A stretch of 64,000 nucleotides of DNA from Spirochaetota bacterium. GTDB lineage: Bacteria > Spirochaetota > UBA4802 > UBA5550. Under the pieces are notes generated by a model that was not told the origin of the DNA, did no database searches, and was given only the letters and a program-made list of their open reading frames with translations. How positions within the stretch are numbered: the stretch's first letter is position 1; each line of letters opens with the position of its first letter. The stretch covers positions 46,394 to 110,393 of the forward strand of contig JBNKTL010000007.1 in the NCBI GenBank assembly GCA_050298055.1. The letters run 5' to 3'. A program made the translations under genes and the position numbers. Of this stretch, positions 11,110 to 20,774 are shown piece by piece.

Positions 11110-11835
11110 TTAATCACTGCATGTTCTGCATGCAGGGTTCTTAGCAAGGCTTATTGTATGGAAGTTCATATTCTCTCCGTCCATAAAGAGAAGCCTGTTT
11201 TTAAGAAGATTTCCCGTACCGGTGAGGTATTTTACAGCCTCAAGTGCCTGTAAGGAACCCATGATTCCCGCAGTTGCGCCCAGTATGGGAATCTCCTCAT
11301 TTCTGTCCTTTTGAGGAAGAAAACATGAGAGGCATGCGGTTTCAGGGGGATGGATAAATGTTAACTGTCCCTGCATGCGGGAAACTCCTGCATGGACCAG
11401 TGGAATCGAATTTTCAACACAGAACCTGTTGATCACCTGCCTGCTTTCAAAGTTATCCATACAGTCGATTATCAGATCGTAGCCACCCAGCAGCCCTGCA
11501 TTACTGTTGTCTATTCTCACAGAGAGGGGAGTGATCTCAACCTCGGGATTCAGAGAACCGGCCGCAAAGGCAGCTGATTCTGACTTTTTAACGCCGATTT
11601 TCTCGTTATTATGAAGTATCTGCCTGTTGAGATTAGAGAGCTCGACCCGGTCACTATCGCATATTGTAATATGCCCGACTCCTGCAGCAGCAAGATAAAA
11701 GATAACAGGGCCGCCAAGACCTCCCGCGCCGATAATAATAATTCGCGCCCTTTTTAGCTTCTCCTGGCCCTTTTCCCCAATGGATTCATCAATTAACTGG
11801 CGCCTGTAGCGTATCAGTTCATTTTCAGAAAGCAT
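11110..11835 (-). CDS. HesA/MoeB/ThiF family adenylyltransferase
   Basis: RYRRQ, GAGGLG, SNLNRQ, CxxC (CLSC, CRTC). Confidence 0.92.
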   Translation of the reverse strand: MLSENELIRYRRQLIDESIGEKGQEKLKRARIIIIGAGGLGGPVIFYLAAAGVGHITICDSDRVELSNLNRQILHNNEKIGVKKSESAAFAAGSLNPEVEITPLSVRIDNSNAGLLGGYDLIIDCMDNFESRQVINRFCVENSIPLVHAGVSRMQGQLTFIHPPETACLSCFLPQKDRNEEIPILGATAGIMGSLQALEAVKYLTGTGNLLKNRLLFMDGENMNFHTISLAKNPACRTCSD

Positions 11836-12057
11836 AATAAATTTTTCCGTTTATCCATATTACTTTTTATTATTCAATAGTCACTCAGCTATACAGCTAA
11901 GTCATTACTCTTAAAACAAATGTATGTATTCTTTCTTTTTTATCAAGTTATTATGTTTTATAAATCCATTTTTTTAAAGAAAAAAAAAGGAGTATACAAT
12001 GGATTTAACCATGTTATACTCCTCGTTTTTTCAAGATGCAGCTGATACTGATATCTC

Positions 12058-12139
12058 TGGGGAGGGGAGGATTTGAACCTCCGAAGGCTACGCCGGCAGA
12101 TTTACAGTCTGATCCCTTTGACCACTCGGGAACCTCCCC
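12058..12139 (-). tRNA. tRNA-Tyr (GTA), CCA not encoded
   Basis: Reverse complement GGGGAGGTTCCCGAGTGGTCAAAGGGATCAGACTGTAAATCTG..GGAGGTTCAAATCCTCCCCTCCCCA; long variable arm. Confidence 0.96.
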
Positions 12140-12141
12140 AA

Positions 12142-12217
12142 TGGAGCTGGCGAGAGGAGTCGAACCCCCGACAAGCTGATTACAAATCAGCTGCTCTACC
12201 AACTGAGCTACGCCAGC
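12142..12217 (-). tRNA. tRNA-Thr (TGT), CCA encoded
   Basis: Reverse complement GCTGGCGTAGCTCAGTTGGTAGAGCAGCTGATTTGTAATCAG..GGTTCGACTCCTCTCGCCAGCTCCA, 76 nt. Confidence 0.97.
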
Positions 12218-12430
12218 AACATCATAGATCAATAAAAAAAAATCCGGGTAACTGTCAATTCTTTTTGTTATTTTTGCCGATATTTTTTATATGAGTTTTA
12301 TTTGGGCCTGTTAATGCGTTTATATTTGAAGCTTGTTCTCAGGAATTTTTATTTTGTTGACAGGAGACCTTGAGAATTCAATATACTATTTTTTTGTAAC
12401 AGTTCTTTAATCCTTAATATATACTATATA

Positions 12431-13780
12431 ATGATAGATTTAAAAAAGATACAGAGATTATTCGCTCTCATACTCATTATTCTCATTTCTCTCCCCCTCA
12501 CAGGCAAGACACGAACAGCCACTCTCGATGAATGCGTCAAAATTGCCCTGCAGAATCATCCGGACCTCTTTGCAGCCGAGGAGGATTTTAAGAATTCCCT
12601 TTTTCAATATAAGATCGCAAAAGCCGGTAGCAGCATACAGGTCAGCGGTAAAATTGAAAACTATGAAACACCAAAAGATGATTATAAAGGAGACTTTAGT
12701 ATTCCCGGCAAAGATACATATATCGGTCTTTTTGCAGGACTCACGGCATCTTATGTTCTTTATGATCCCCAGAGATTCTACAGGGAAGAGAGTGCAAAAC
12801 TGAATATTGACCTTCAGAAACTGAATGAACAGAGAGTAAAAAACAATATAATAAGTAATGTCAATAATGCATATTTTGATTACCTTATCGCCAAAAAAAA
12901 TGTTATTCTAAAACAGAAAATACACGAACAGAACCAGCTCTCTCTTAAACAGGCTGAGATCCGGTACAAAAGCGGTGCAATATCAATTATTGATTTTAAC
13001 AGAAGTAATATCAAATCCGAGCAGTCCAAACTGAACATAGAAAAGGCCAGGAATGAGGAGAACTCCGCGAGGATAAACCTCTTCTCCTCCATGGGTATCA
13101 GGGGAAGTGAGAAGATTGATGTTATTTATAGTGAACCGGAAAAACTTCCTGCCATCAGGTACAATCTGAAAGAGCTTTACAGCCTTGCCCTGATATTCAA
13201 TCTGAATATCAGGGAGGCACGGATCAACAAAAAGTTGGCACATCTCAATATTATTTCCAAGCAGGCCCTTCATAAACCGAAAGTCAATTTTTCTTTTTCA
13301 CTTGGATATCTGAATTATTACCTTAAGGGTATTGATTCAATGAGCGAAAATTTTGATAATGAAAACTGGACTCCCAGTGCATTGGGAAAAATTACAGCCT
13401 CTTTGCCCATATATACGGGAGGGGGGATTGCCGCCCAGGTTGATTCCGCCTATTCCGGCTATAATAAGGCACAGTATAAAGAGAGAAATGTCATCAGACA
13501 GGTTAACAATAAAATACTAGAATCTTTTGAAAATATCAGGGACCTGTATAAACAGATTGAGATGTCTAACCAACTGATCGATCTCTCAAAAAAACAGTAC
13601 AGGATGATAAAAACCAATTATGAAAGCGGTTTATCTTCCCAGGCTGAGCTCTTTAACCATGAAGTAGAGGTCCTGGATTCAGAAACAAAGCATATGCAAA
13701 ACATCTATAATTACATCAAGCAGATTAAGAGTTTGTCTGAAATTGTTGGAGTTAATGGAGATCATTTATGGCAAAAATAG
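12431..13780 (+). CDS. TolC family outer-membrane efflux protein
   Basis: Signal peptide, TLDECVKIALQNHPDL, repeated RYKSG / NYESG helices, LPIYTGG. Confidence 0.88.
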   Translation: MIDLKKIQRLFALILIILISLPLTGKTRTATLDECVKIALQNHPDLFAAEEDFKNSLFQYKIAKAGSSIQVSGKIENYETPKDDYKGDFSIPGKDTYIGLFAGLTASYVLYDPQRFYREESAKLNIDLQKLNEQRVKNNIISNVNNAYFDYLIAKKNVILKQKIHEQNQLSLKQAEIRYKSGAISIIDFNRSNIKSEQSKLNIEKARNEENSARINLFSSMGIRGSEKIDVIYSEPEKLPAIRYNLKELYSLALIFNLNIREARINKKLAHLNIISKQALHKPKVNFSFSLGYLNYYLKGIDSMSENFDNENWTPSALGKITASLPIYTGGGIAAQVDSAYSGYNKAQYKERNVIRQVNNKILESFENIRDLYKQIEMSNQLIDLSKKQYRMIKTNYESGLSSQAELFNHEVEVLDSETKHMQNIYNYIKQIKSLSEIVGVNGDHLWQK

Positions 13781-14862
13781 AGAGAAAAAATATTTACCTG
13801 GCAGTTATTATAACTGTCTCTGTTCTTCTGATCTATTTTATCTCCCGTGGATGCGGAGAGAAATCGAACTATAGCTATAAATATGATAAACCCTCAATAG
13901 GAGAGGTAAAAAAAACAATCTCCGTAACCGGAAAGCTGGAAGTTATAGATGCGGAGAGAGTACTTACCAAGGTTTCGGGGATCATTCAAAAGGTCTACTT
14001 CGATTATAATAGCACGGTAAAGAAAGGTCAGGTGTTAATGAAAATCGACTCTCCTGATGTTGATGAAGCAATCATAAAGAAAAAAGATGAAATTGAAAGC
14101 CTGAAGATGAAGATCCATTCCGCAGAGAGAAAGCTTGAAGCTTCAAAGAAGATGCTTGAGGAGAAGCTCGTTCCCAAGGAGAACGTCAGAACTGCAGAGA
14201 TGGAGCTGAGGTCATTGAAAGTTTCAATGAAACATTCTAACATGGCATACAGCAATCTTATGGAACAGAAAAGTGCAACCAGGATGCGTGCCCCGGTATC
14301 AGGTACAATTCTTTCACGGCATGTTGATGAGAATGTAAACACAGTCAGCGGCCGGCTGGCCTTTATTATTGCCCCGGACCTGAAAAAAATGAGGCTTATT
14401 ATCAATATCGATGAAGCTGACATTGGGGGAGTGAAAGAGGGGCAGAAGGTTACCTTCTCCGTGAGCGCATTCCCTAATAAAACATTTGGCGGAAAGGTAA
14501 AGCAGGTGAGAATGGACCCGCACCAGAGCGGAGGTGTTGTAACCTATGATGCCCTTGTTGACTGCTCTAACGAAGAACTTCTTCTTAAACCGGGAATGAC
14601 CGCAACTGCTTCTGTCCTTGTTGCCAGGAAGGAGAATGTCCTCCGGGTTTTAAATCAGTCATTTCTTGTTAATCCGAAAAAAATTAATTATCCACCGGGA
14701 AAGAAGTTTTTATGGATAAAAGACAATATTTCCCTGGATTCCATCCCTATGAAGATGAAAGAGATTAAAATCGGGCTTATGGGTGATATGTATACTGAGA
14801 TACTCGATAAATTGCCCATGGACAGCGAAATTCTGATCCGTATTGATGAAAAAGACAAATAA
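13768..14862 (+). CDS. MacA-like periplasmic adaptor (membrane fusion protein)
   Basis: VKKGQVL, RAPVSGTI, IDEADIG.VKEGQ.V.F.V.AFP, LKPGMTA. Confidence 0.9.
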   Translation: MAKIERKNIYLAVIITVSVLLIYFISRGCGEKSNYSYKYDKPSIGEVKKTISVTGKLEVIDAERVLTKVSGIIQKVYFDYNSTVKKGQVLMKIDSPDVDEAIIKKKDEIESLKMKIHSAERKLEASKKMLEEKLVPKENVRTAEMELRSLKVSMKHSNMAYSNLMEQKSATRMRAPVSGTILSRHVDENVNTVSGRLAFIIAPDLKKMRLIINIDEADIGGVKEGQKVTFSVSAFPNKTFGGKVKQVRMDPHQSGGVVTYDALVDCSNEELLLKPGMTATASVLVARKENVLRVLNQSFLVNPKKINYPPGKKFLWIKDNISLDSIPMKMKEIKIGLMGDMYTEILDKLPMDSEILIRIDEKDK

Positions 14863-14868
14863 TCGATT

Positions 14869-15627
14869 ATGAAGAAAAAGATTATTGAAGTATCAAATAT
14901 CATAAAAATATTTCAGTTGAGTAATGAGGTACAGGTACACGCGCTGAACAGTGTGTCACTGGATGTGCGGGAAGGAGAATTTATCTCTATAATGGGTACA
15001 TCCGGTTCAGGGAAATCTACTTTTATGAACATTCTTGGTTTTCTCGATTCACCCACCTCGGGAACATACCTGCTGGATGGTATTGACGGGGGGATCCTCG
15101 ATGATGATCAAAAAGCTGATATCCGCAATAAAAAGATAGGTTTTGTTTTCCAGGGATTCAATCTTCTCCCGAGAACATCGGCAATTGAAAATGTAGAGAT
15201 GCCGCTTTTCTATAAAGGAGGTCATAAAAGTCATGAACTTACAGAGATTGCAAGAAAACATCTTGCAGAGGTCGGCCTTTCAGGGAGAGAAACACACCAC
15301 CCGAATAAACTCTCAGGCGGCGAGCAGCAGAGAGTCGCCATAGCACGGTCACTTATTAATGATCCTTCTATAATACTGGCTGATGAACCAACAGGTAACC
15401 TTGACTCCAGGAACACCGTAGATATAATGAACCTTTTTACCCGGCTTAACAGGGAGAAGGGGATTACAATTGTCATCGTTACACATGAAGATGATGTTTC
15501 AATGTACACTGACAGAAAAGTTGTATTCAAGGATGGTGTAATTATTAAGGATTCACCAGTAAAAAAAATGAAAAAAAAGAAAAATACCGTCAATAAATCC
15601 TCCAGAAGTTCAAAAAAAAATATATAA
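14869..15627 (+). CDS. ABC transporter ATP-binding protein (MacB/LolD type)
   Basis: [41 protein letters not shown]. Confidence 0.94.
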   Translation: MKKKIIEVSNIIKIFQLSNEVQVHALNSVSLDVREGEFISIMGTSGSGKSTFMNILGFLDSPTSGTYLLDGIDGGILDDDQKADIRNKKIGFVFQGFNLLPRTSAIENVEMPLFYKGGHKSHELTEIARKHLAEVGLSGRETHHPNKLSGGEQQRVAIARSLINDPSIILADEPTGNLDSRNTVDIMNLFTRLNREKGITIVIVTHEDDVSMYTDRKVVFKDGVIIKDSPVKKMKKKKNTVNKSSRSSKKNI

Positions 15628-15661
15628 AACCCTCATTTATTAAATAAAATTTCACATAATA

Positions 15662-15689
15662 TAAAGACATAATCCACCACAACCGATAT
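15662..15689 (+). promoter_or_regulatory. Putative sigma-28-type promoter upstream of xerD
   Basis: TAAA-N16-ACCGATAT versus consensus TAAA-N15/16-GCCGATAW. Confidence 0.35.
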
Positions 15690-15860
15690 ATTAATTATAA
15701 TAAAGGAACATAATTCAGTATAAATTATGTCACCTTTTAAAGCAGAAAAGAAATGATAAAAACTGATCTTTACAATCAGAAGATGATTTTTTAACAACAC
15801 TGGTATTTTTGATACAAATAAATAGGAGAGATAAGATTCTAAATATCAGGAGCTCAAAAA

Positions 15861-16754
15861 GTGAAAGAGATCCAGGCAATTAAACGATTTAAAAAGTTTT
15901 TACAGGTTGAAAAGGGCTTATCTCCAAATTCAATTTATTCTTATACCTATGATTTAAAGAAATTCAATGAATTCCTTACTTCAAACAATAAGAATATACT
16001 GGCAGCAACAAAAGAGGATATACAGCAGTTTCTCAAGTTTGAAAAGAACAAGAAAAAAAATTCCTCAAGAACTCTTGCCAGATCACTTGCGGCAATCAGA
16101 CAGTTCTATAATTTTATTTCTGACAAGTTTGATGAGATTGAAAATCCCACGGAAAAAATTGAATCTCCCCAGATCGAGAGAACTCTGCCGGATTTTCTCA
16201 CAGTGAACGAGGTCAATAAGCTGTTCAACTCTATATCGGAAGATGATGTATATGAACTGCGCGACAAGGCTATTTTTGAACTTCTCTATTCCTGCGGACT
16301 CAGAATAACCGAGGCTATCGAATTGAATTTTAGTGATATTAACTTTGAAAAAGGCTATATCAGTGTAGTGGGAAAAGGAAGTAAAGAACGACTTGTGCCA
16401 ATGGGTGAAGAGGCCATAAGACTGCTCAAAAAATACAGCAGTACTTCAAGGAGCAGGATAATAGGCAAAAGAGAGAGTGACTATCTTTTTATCAGTAAAA
16501 AGGGATCAAAGCTTAACAGGAAATCAGTATGGCGGCTGCTGAAGAACTATGTTGCACGAACCAGGATCAATAAGAACATAACACCGCATACACTCCGGCA
16601 TTCATTTGCCACGCATCTAATTGAAAACGGGGCGGACTTGAGGTCCGTACAGGAACTTCTTGGACATACTGATATCTCAACAACACAGGTCTATACCCAC
16701 CTGGTCAAAGAGAAACTCCAGAAAATCCATAAAAAATATCATCCCAAGGGATGA
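15861..16754 (+). CDS. xerD: Site-specific tyrosine recombinase XerD
   Basis: EKGLSPNS..SY, LYSCGLRITE, GKGSKERLVP, TPHTLRHSFATHL.ENGADLRSVQELLGH.DISTTQVYTH, YHPKG. Confidence 0.93.
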   Translation: MKEIQAIKRFKKFLQVEKGLSPNSIYSYTYDLKKFNEFLTSNNKNILAATKEDIQQFLKFEKNKKKNSSRTLARSLAAIRQFYNFISDKFDEIENPTEKIESPQIERTLPDFLTVNEVNKLFNSISEDDVYELRDKAIFELLYSCGLRITEAIELNFSDINFEKGYISVVGKGSKERLVPMGEEAIRLLKKYSSTSRSRIIGKRESDYLFISKKGSKLNRKSVWRLLKNYVARTRINKNITPHTLRHSFATHLIENGADLRSVQELLGHTDISTTQVYTHLVKEKLQKIHKKYHPKG

Positions 16755-16763
16755 GGGAGTCCA

Positions 16764-17966
16764 ATGACCGCAAAAAGTAATTTAAAAAATGGGATAATCT
16801 TCCCTGCCATGGCAGTTATGGCCGCCATTTTTATTTCCTGTACACCATCCAGGGAATATCTTATAAAAAAAATGAAAAAGAGCGGCACAGATAACAGCTT
16901 TATACGGGTACTGCTTTTAAAAACCGGAATTGCAAAGCTTGATTCGCAATCGGGTTTCAGGATAACGGATAAGAAAAGCGGACGGATACTTTATGATTCT
17001 GAGAAAAAAAATCTTGTTATCATCCCGGGAAAAATAAAGACCGCAATACTTGTTGAATCAAAGGGAACTCCACTCTCTCTAAACGGGAACCCCTATCGGG
17101 GTATGCTCGAACTTCACAATATTATTGGGAAAATATATGCAATTAATATTGTAAAAATGGACAACTATCTCTTCAGTGTTGTTCCCGGTGAAATACCCTC
17201 CTCGTGGGACATGCAGGCATTGAAAGCACAGGCTGTAGCAGCGCGGACATACACATATCATCATCTCCTGAACAGGAAAAAAAAACAACTTTATGACCTG
17301 GATGCATCAACAAACTTTCAGGTCTACAAAGGGATGAGCTCAGAGAAACCAAGCACAACACTGGCCGTACTGGAGACCTCGGGAGAAATCATATCACACA
17401 ACCACAAGCCGATTCTGGCATACTTTCATTCCACCTGCGGCGGTAAAACCGCTGATGACGATTATATCTGGAAGGGTAAGGGAAAAACCTACCTGACCGT
17501 TGTAAAATGTGATTACTGCAGCCAGTCGCCTCACTACAGGTGGGAGGAAAAGCTTTCACTTTTTGAAATAAAAAAATCTCTTGGCAAAAAGTACAGAAAT
17601 ATCGGCAAAATCAAAAGGATCTCATTCACCAGGCGTTTCGGAAGGGTCTCATCAGTTGAGATACTCCATTCTTCCGGAAAAATATCACTCTCGGGAAACA
17701 GCTTTCGGCTTCTCTTCCCGCCCAAAAAACTTAAGAGTATGTATTTCACATCCCAAAAATCGGGCAGCGGGCTTCTTATCAGGGGCAGGGGATGGGGACA
17801 CGGAGTCGGTTTGTGCCAGTGGGGAGCCGAAGGGATGGCTGAAAGAGGTGCCAATTACAGGGCTATCCTTAAATACTACTACAGGAATATCAGGCTTGTT
17901 AAAATCAACAGGAAGAGCATAAGAAGAATAGCCGGTATAAACTCTTCCCAACGAAATCCCCTGTAA
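16764..17966 (+). CDS. SpoIID/LytB domain protein (lipoprotein, putative lytic transglycosylase)
   Basis: Lipobox FISC; VVPGEI, ALKAQAVAARTY, QVYKG, FHSTCGG, GWGHGVGLCQWGA. Confidence 0.92.
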   Translation: MTAKSNLKNGIIFPAMAVMAAIFISCTPSREYLIKKMKKSGTDNSFIRVLLLKTGIAKLDSQSGFRITDKKSGRILYDSEKKNLVIIPGKIKTAILVESKGTPLSLNGNPYRGMLELHNIIGKIYAINIVKMDNYLFSVVPGEIPSSWDMQALKAQAVAARTYTYHHLLNRKKKQLYDLDASTNFQVYKGMSSEKPSTTLAVLETSGEIISHNHKPILAYFHSTCGGKTADDDYIWKGKGKTYLTVVKCDYCSQSPHYRWEEKLSLFEIKKSLGKKYRNIGKIKRISFTRRFGRVSSVEILHSSGKISLSGNSFRLLFPPKKLKSMYFTSQKSGSGLLIRGRGWGHGVGLCQWGAEGMAERGANYRAILKYYYRNIRLVKINRKSIRRIAGINSSQRNPL

Positions 17967-17992
17967 CATTCCGGAGATACCTATCTACTGCA

Positions 17993-19030
17993 ATGGAGAA
18001 AAGCAGTTATCATCTGAGCGATTTCAATTTCACGTTACCGGAGCATCTCATAGCACAGTATCCCTCTGATCAGAGAGACAGGTCGAGGCTTCTCTACCTG
18101 AACAGGTCAGAAGGGAAGTGTTCACACCACAACTTCTACCAGCTGCCGGACCTTCTGAAAGAGGGTGATCTTCTGGTTTTCAATAACGCGCGGGTCATCA
18201 ATGTAAGGGCTTATTTCAGAAGGGAAACCGGTGGAAAGGTTGAGATGATACTGATCAATAAAAAGAGTGATACTTCCTGGTCGGCAATTTCAAACAGGAC
18301 CTCAAGGCTCAGAAGGGGAGATCTCCTGACATCTATTGTAGATCCTTCCGTCAAAATAATGATAACCGGCAGGGAAGAAAATATCTTCCAGGTAGAATCC
18401 GAGAGACCCCTTACCGATAAACTCCTTGAGAAAATCGGAGAGATCCCTCTTCCTCCCTATATAAAAAGAAACTATGAAGAGAATGACCGTGTGAGGTATC
18501 AGACAGTTTATGCAACTGAACCCGGGTCTGCGGCATCTCCAACCGCAGGCCTTCATTTCACTCCCGAACTCCTCACTCTTCTTAAATCAGAGGGAATCCA
18601 GACGGCTTATCTCACACTGAATGTCTCCTGGGGGACTTTCCAGCCCGTGAGAAGTGAAAACCTGGACGAGCATATTATGCATAATGAAACATTTACACTC
18701 CCGGAGGCCACTGCGGATATGATAAACAACGCCCGGTCAGAGGGGAGGAGGATATTATCCGTGGGCACCACCTCCGTGCGGGTCCTCGAAGCAACCTATC
18801 GTGACGGAGTAAATATCCCGGGAAAAGGAGAGACTGATATATTCATCTATCCTCCCTACAGGATGGAGTCTATTGACGGCATGATTACAAATTTTCACAC
18901 ACCTGCATCAACACTTCTTATGCTCGTATCCGCTTTCGCCGGATATGAAAAGCTGATGGCTGCTTACAGGGAAGCAGTTAAGATGGAGTACAGGTTCTTT
19001 TCATATGGTGACTCCATGTTGATTGTTTAA
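17993..19030 (+). CDS. queA: S-adenosylmethionine:tRNA ribosyltransferase-isomerase
   Basis: LIAQYP, PLPPYI, YQTVYA, PTAGLHF, VGTTSVR, TNFHTP, YRFFSYGD. Confidence 0.97.
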   Translation: MEKSSYHLSDFNFTLPEHLIAQYPSDQRDRSRLLYLNRSEGKCSHHNFYQLPDLLKEGDLLVFNNARVINVRAYFRRETGGKVEMILINKKSDTSWSAISNRTSRLRRGDLLTSIVDPSVKIMITGREENIFQVESERPLTDKLLEKIGEIPLPPYIKRNYEENDRVRYQTVYATEPGSAASPTAGLHFTPELLTLLKSEGIQTAYLTLNVSWGTFQPVRSENLDEHIMHNETFTLPEATADMINNARSEGRRILSVGTTSVRVLEATYRDGVNIPGKGETDIFIYPPYRMESIDGMITNFHTPASTLLMLVSAFAGYEKLMAAYREAVKMEYRFFSYGDSMLIV

Positions 19031-19165
19031 TTTCTCAGTAAGACAACAGATCATGATGTCGCTGCATTCCTCATGATGAACGGTACAGGTAAATTTATAT
19101 GTTTTTTCTTTTGAAACACATTTACTATTGACAGCAGGAGTACTTCTCATTTTATAATCTCTTTC

Positions 19166-19975
19166 ATGAAAGTGCGTGATCTTATCACTCTTCTTGAAAA
19201 CCTCTTCCCCCTTAATCTGCAGGAAAGTTACGACAACGCGGGAGGGCAGGTCGTCTTTCCCGAAACCGATGCATTAAATGTGCTCCTTGCACTTGACCTG
19301 GATAATACTGTTATTGATGAAGCTTTAGAAAAATCGTGCACTCTGATCATTACACATCATCCCTTTATCTTTAAACATCTGAAAAACATCATATCCGGCA
19401 ATCCAAAGTCCGATATGATTTTGAAGCTGGTTGACAACAGGATAAGCGTATATTCCGCCCATACCAATCTTGACAAGGTCTACTTCAGTAAACTGGGTGA
19501 ATCCCTGGGTCTGGAAGAACACAGGCTTCTTATTGAAAAGGGTTGCTTCGAAGACAGGACACCTGCAGGTTTCGGCACCCTTTCTTTTTTCACGGAACAA
19601 ATCAGCCTTCCCGAACTCCTTGATCTCATCAAGTCACGACTCCAGCTGGATTATCTTCTTGTATCAGGACCTGAAGATTCAATGATATCAAAGATCGCAA
19701 TCCTCAATGGTTCCGGTGGAAATTCAATAGAATCGATCATTAATGAACATGACATTGACTGCATTCTCACCGGTGATATCGGATACCACAGCAGCAGGCT
19801 GGGGGTTGAGCATTCGGTGCCGGTCATCGATGCCGGCCATTTCGGAACAGAGAAAATTCTTATTGACTTTTTGAAAAATGAACTTCTTAATAAAGTCCGG
19901 CGGGATTTTCCCTGTGAAAAAATCAGTTTCTATCTCTCTGAAAGAGAAAAAAATCCTCTCAGGCTCTATATATAA
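19166..19975 (+). CDS. Nif3-like dinuclear metal-centre protein
   Basis: ESYDNAG, IITHHPFIF, YSAHTNLD, TGDIGYH, DAGHFGTE. Confidence 0.93.
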   Translation: MKVRDLITLLENLFPLNLQESYDNAGGQVVFPETDALNVLLALDLDNTVIDEALEKSCTLIITHHPFIFKHLKNIISGNPKSDMILKLVDNRISVYSAHTNLDKVYFSKLGESLGLEEHRLLIEKGCFEDRTPAGFGTLSFFTEQISLPELLDLIKSRLQLDYLLVSGPEDSMISKIAILNGSGGNSIESIINEHDIDCILTGDIGYHSSRLGVEHSVPVIDAGHFGTEKILIDFLKNELLNKVRRDFPCEKISFYLSEREKNPLRLYI

Positions 19976-19978
19976 GAT

Positions 19979-20683
19979 ATGAATAATGATATAATGATAA
20001 TGATCCAGCTTCAAAAGATATGGGACAGGGTTCTTGAAGGAGAAGAGGTCATCCGGAGATCTGAAAAGTCCATAGATTTCTGGAAGAAAAGCCTCCGGGA
20101 AAAAAGAGTTGAAGTTGAAAAAATTGAAGAACAGGTGATTGAACTTAAGAAAAGTATAAAGGGAAATGAAATCGATCTTGCTCAGCTTGAAGCAGATTAC
20201 GCGAAAACCGAGGAGAGGCTTCAACGGGTAAAATCTGCAAAAGAGCTTGAAGCACAGAAGCATGAACACGATAAAATTGCGGGAGAAAAAGACGCCAAAG
20301 AAGAATCTCTTATCAATCTCATGGATGAACTGGATGAATGTGAAAATAAACGGGTACAGAAAAAGAGTGAACAGGATGAGAGTGAAAAGCAGGTTGAAGC
20401 GGATATAACCGTTCTCACAAAAAAAATTGATGATGCGAAAGCGGTAATCCATGAAAACCAGGATGAATTCAATTCCCTGATCGGGAACCTTACGCCTGAA
20501 TACAGGTCCAGGTTTCAGAAATTGATAAGTTCAAAAAACGGCAGGGGAATTGCCCGGGTTGACGGAGAGATCTGCAGCAGCTGTAATTTTAAAATTCCCG
20601 GTTCTCTTGCTGCCGAATCCGAATCGGATGAAAAAGCAGTTTCCTGCACCAATTGCGGCAGGTTTATTTACAGGATGAGTTGA
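19979..20683 (+). CDS. Coiled-coil C4-type zinc-ribbon protein
   Basis: Long coiled coil then CSSC..CTNCGR; typical nif3 neighbour. Confidence 0.9.
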   Translation: MNNDIMIMIQLQKIWDRVLEGEEVIRRSEKSIDFWKKSLREKRVEVEKIEEQVIELKKSIKGNEIDLAQLEADYAKTEERLQRVKSAKELEAQKHEHDKIAGEKDAKEESLINLMDELDECENKRVQKKSEQDESEKQVEADITVLTKKIDDAKAVIHENQDEFNSLIGNLTPEYRSRFQKLISSKNGRGIARVDGEICSSCNFKIPGSLAAESESDEKAVSCTNCGRFIYRMS

Positions 20684-20774
20684 ACTATTTTTATATTAAA
20701 TCCGTAGCTGAATAGATTATAATGATTTTTTGAAACAGATGCATCCGAATTCATAGAGAAAAATTTGCATCACC

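Noticed and set aside
12014..12294. Two short ORFs over the tRNA locus
   Set aside because: They are translations of the tRNA-Thr and tRNA-Tyr genes
15861..16754. Tyrosine recombinase as a phage or ICE integrase
   Set aside because: Motifs are those of housekeeping XerD; no mobile-element cargo nearby
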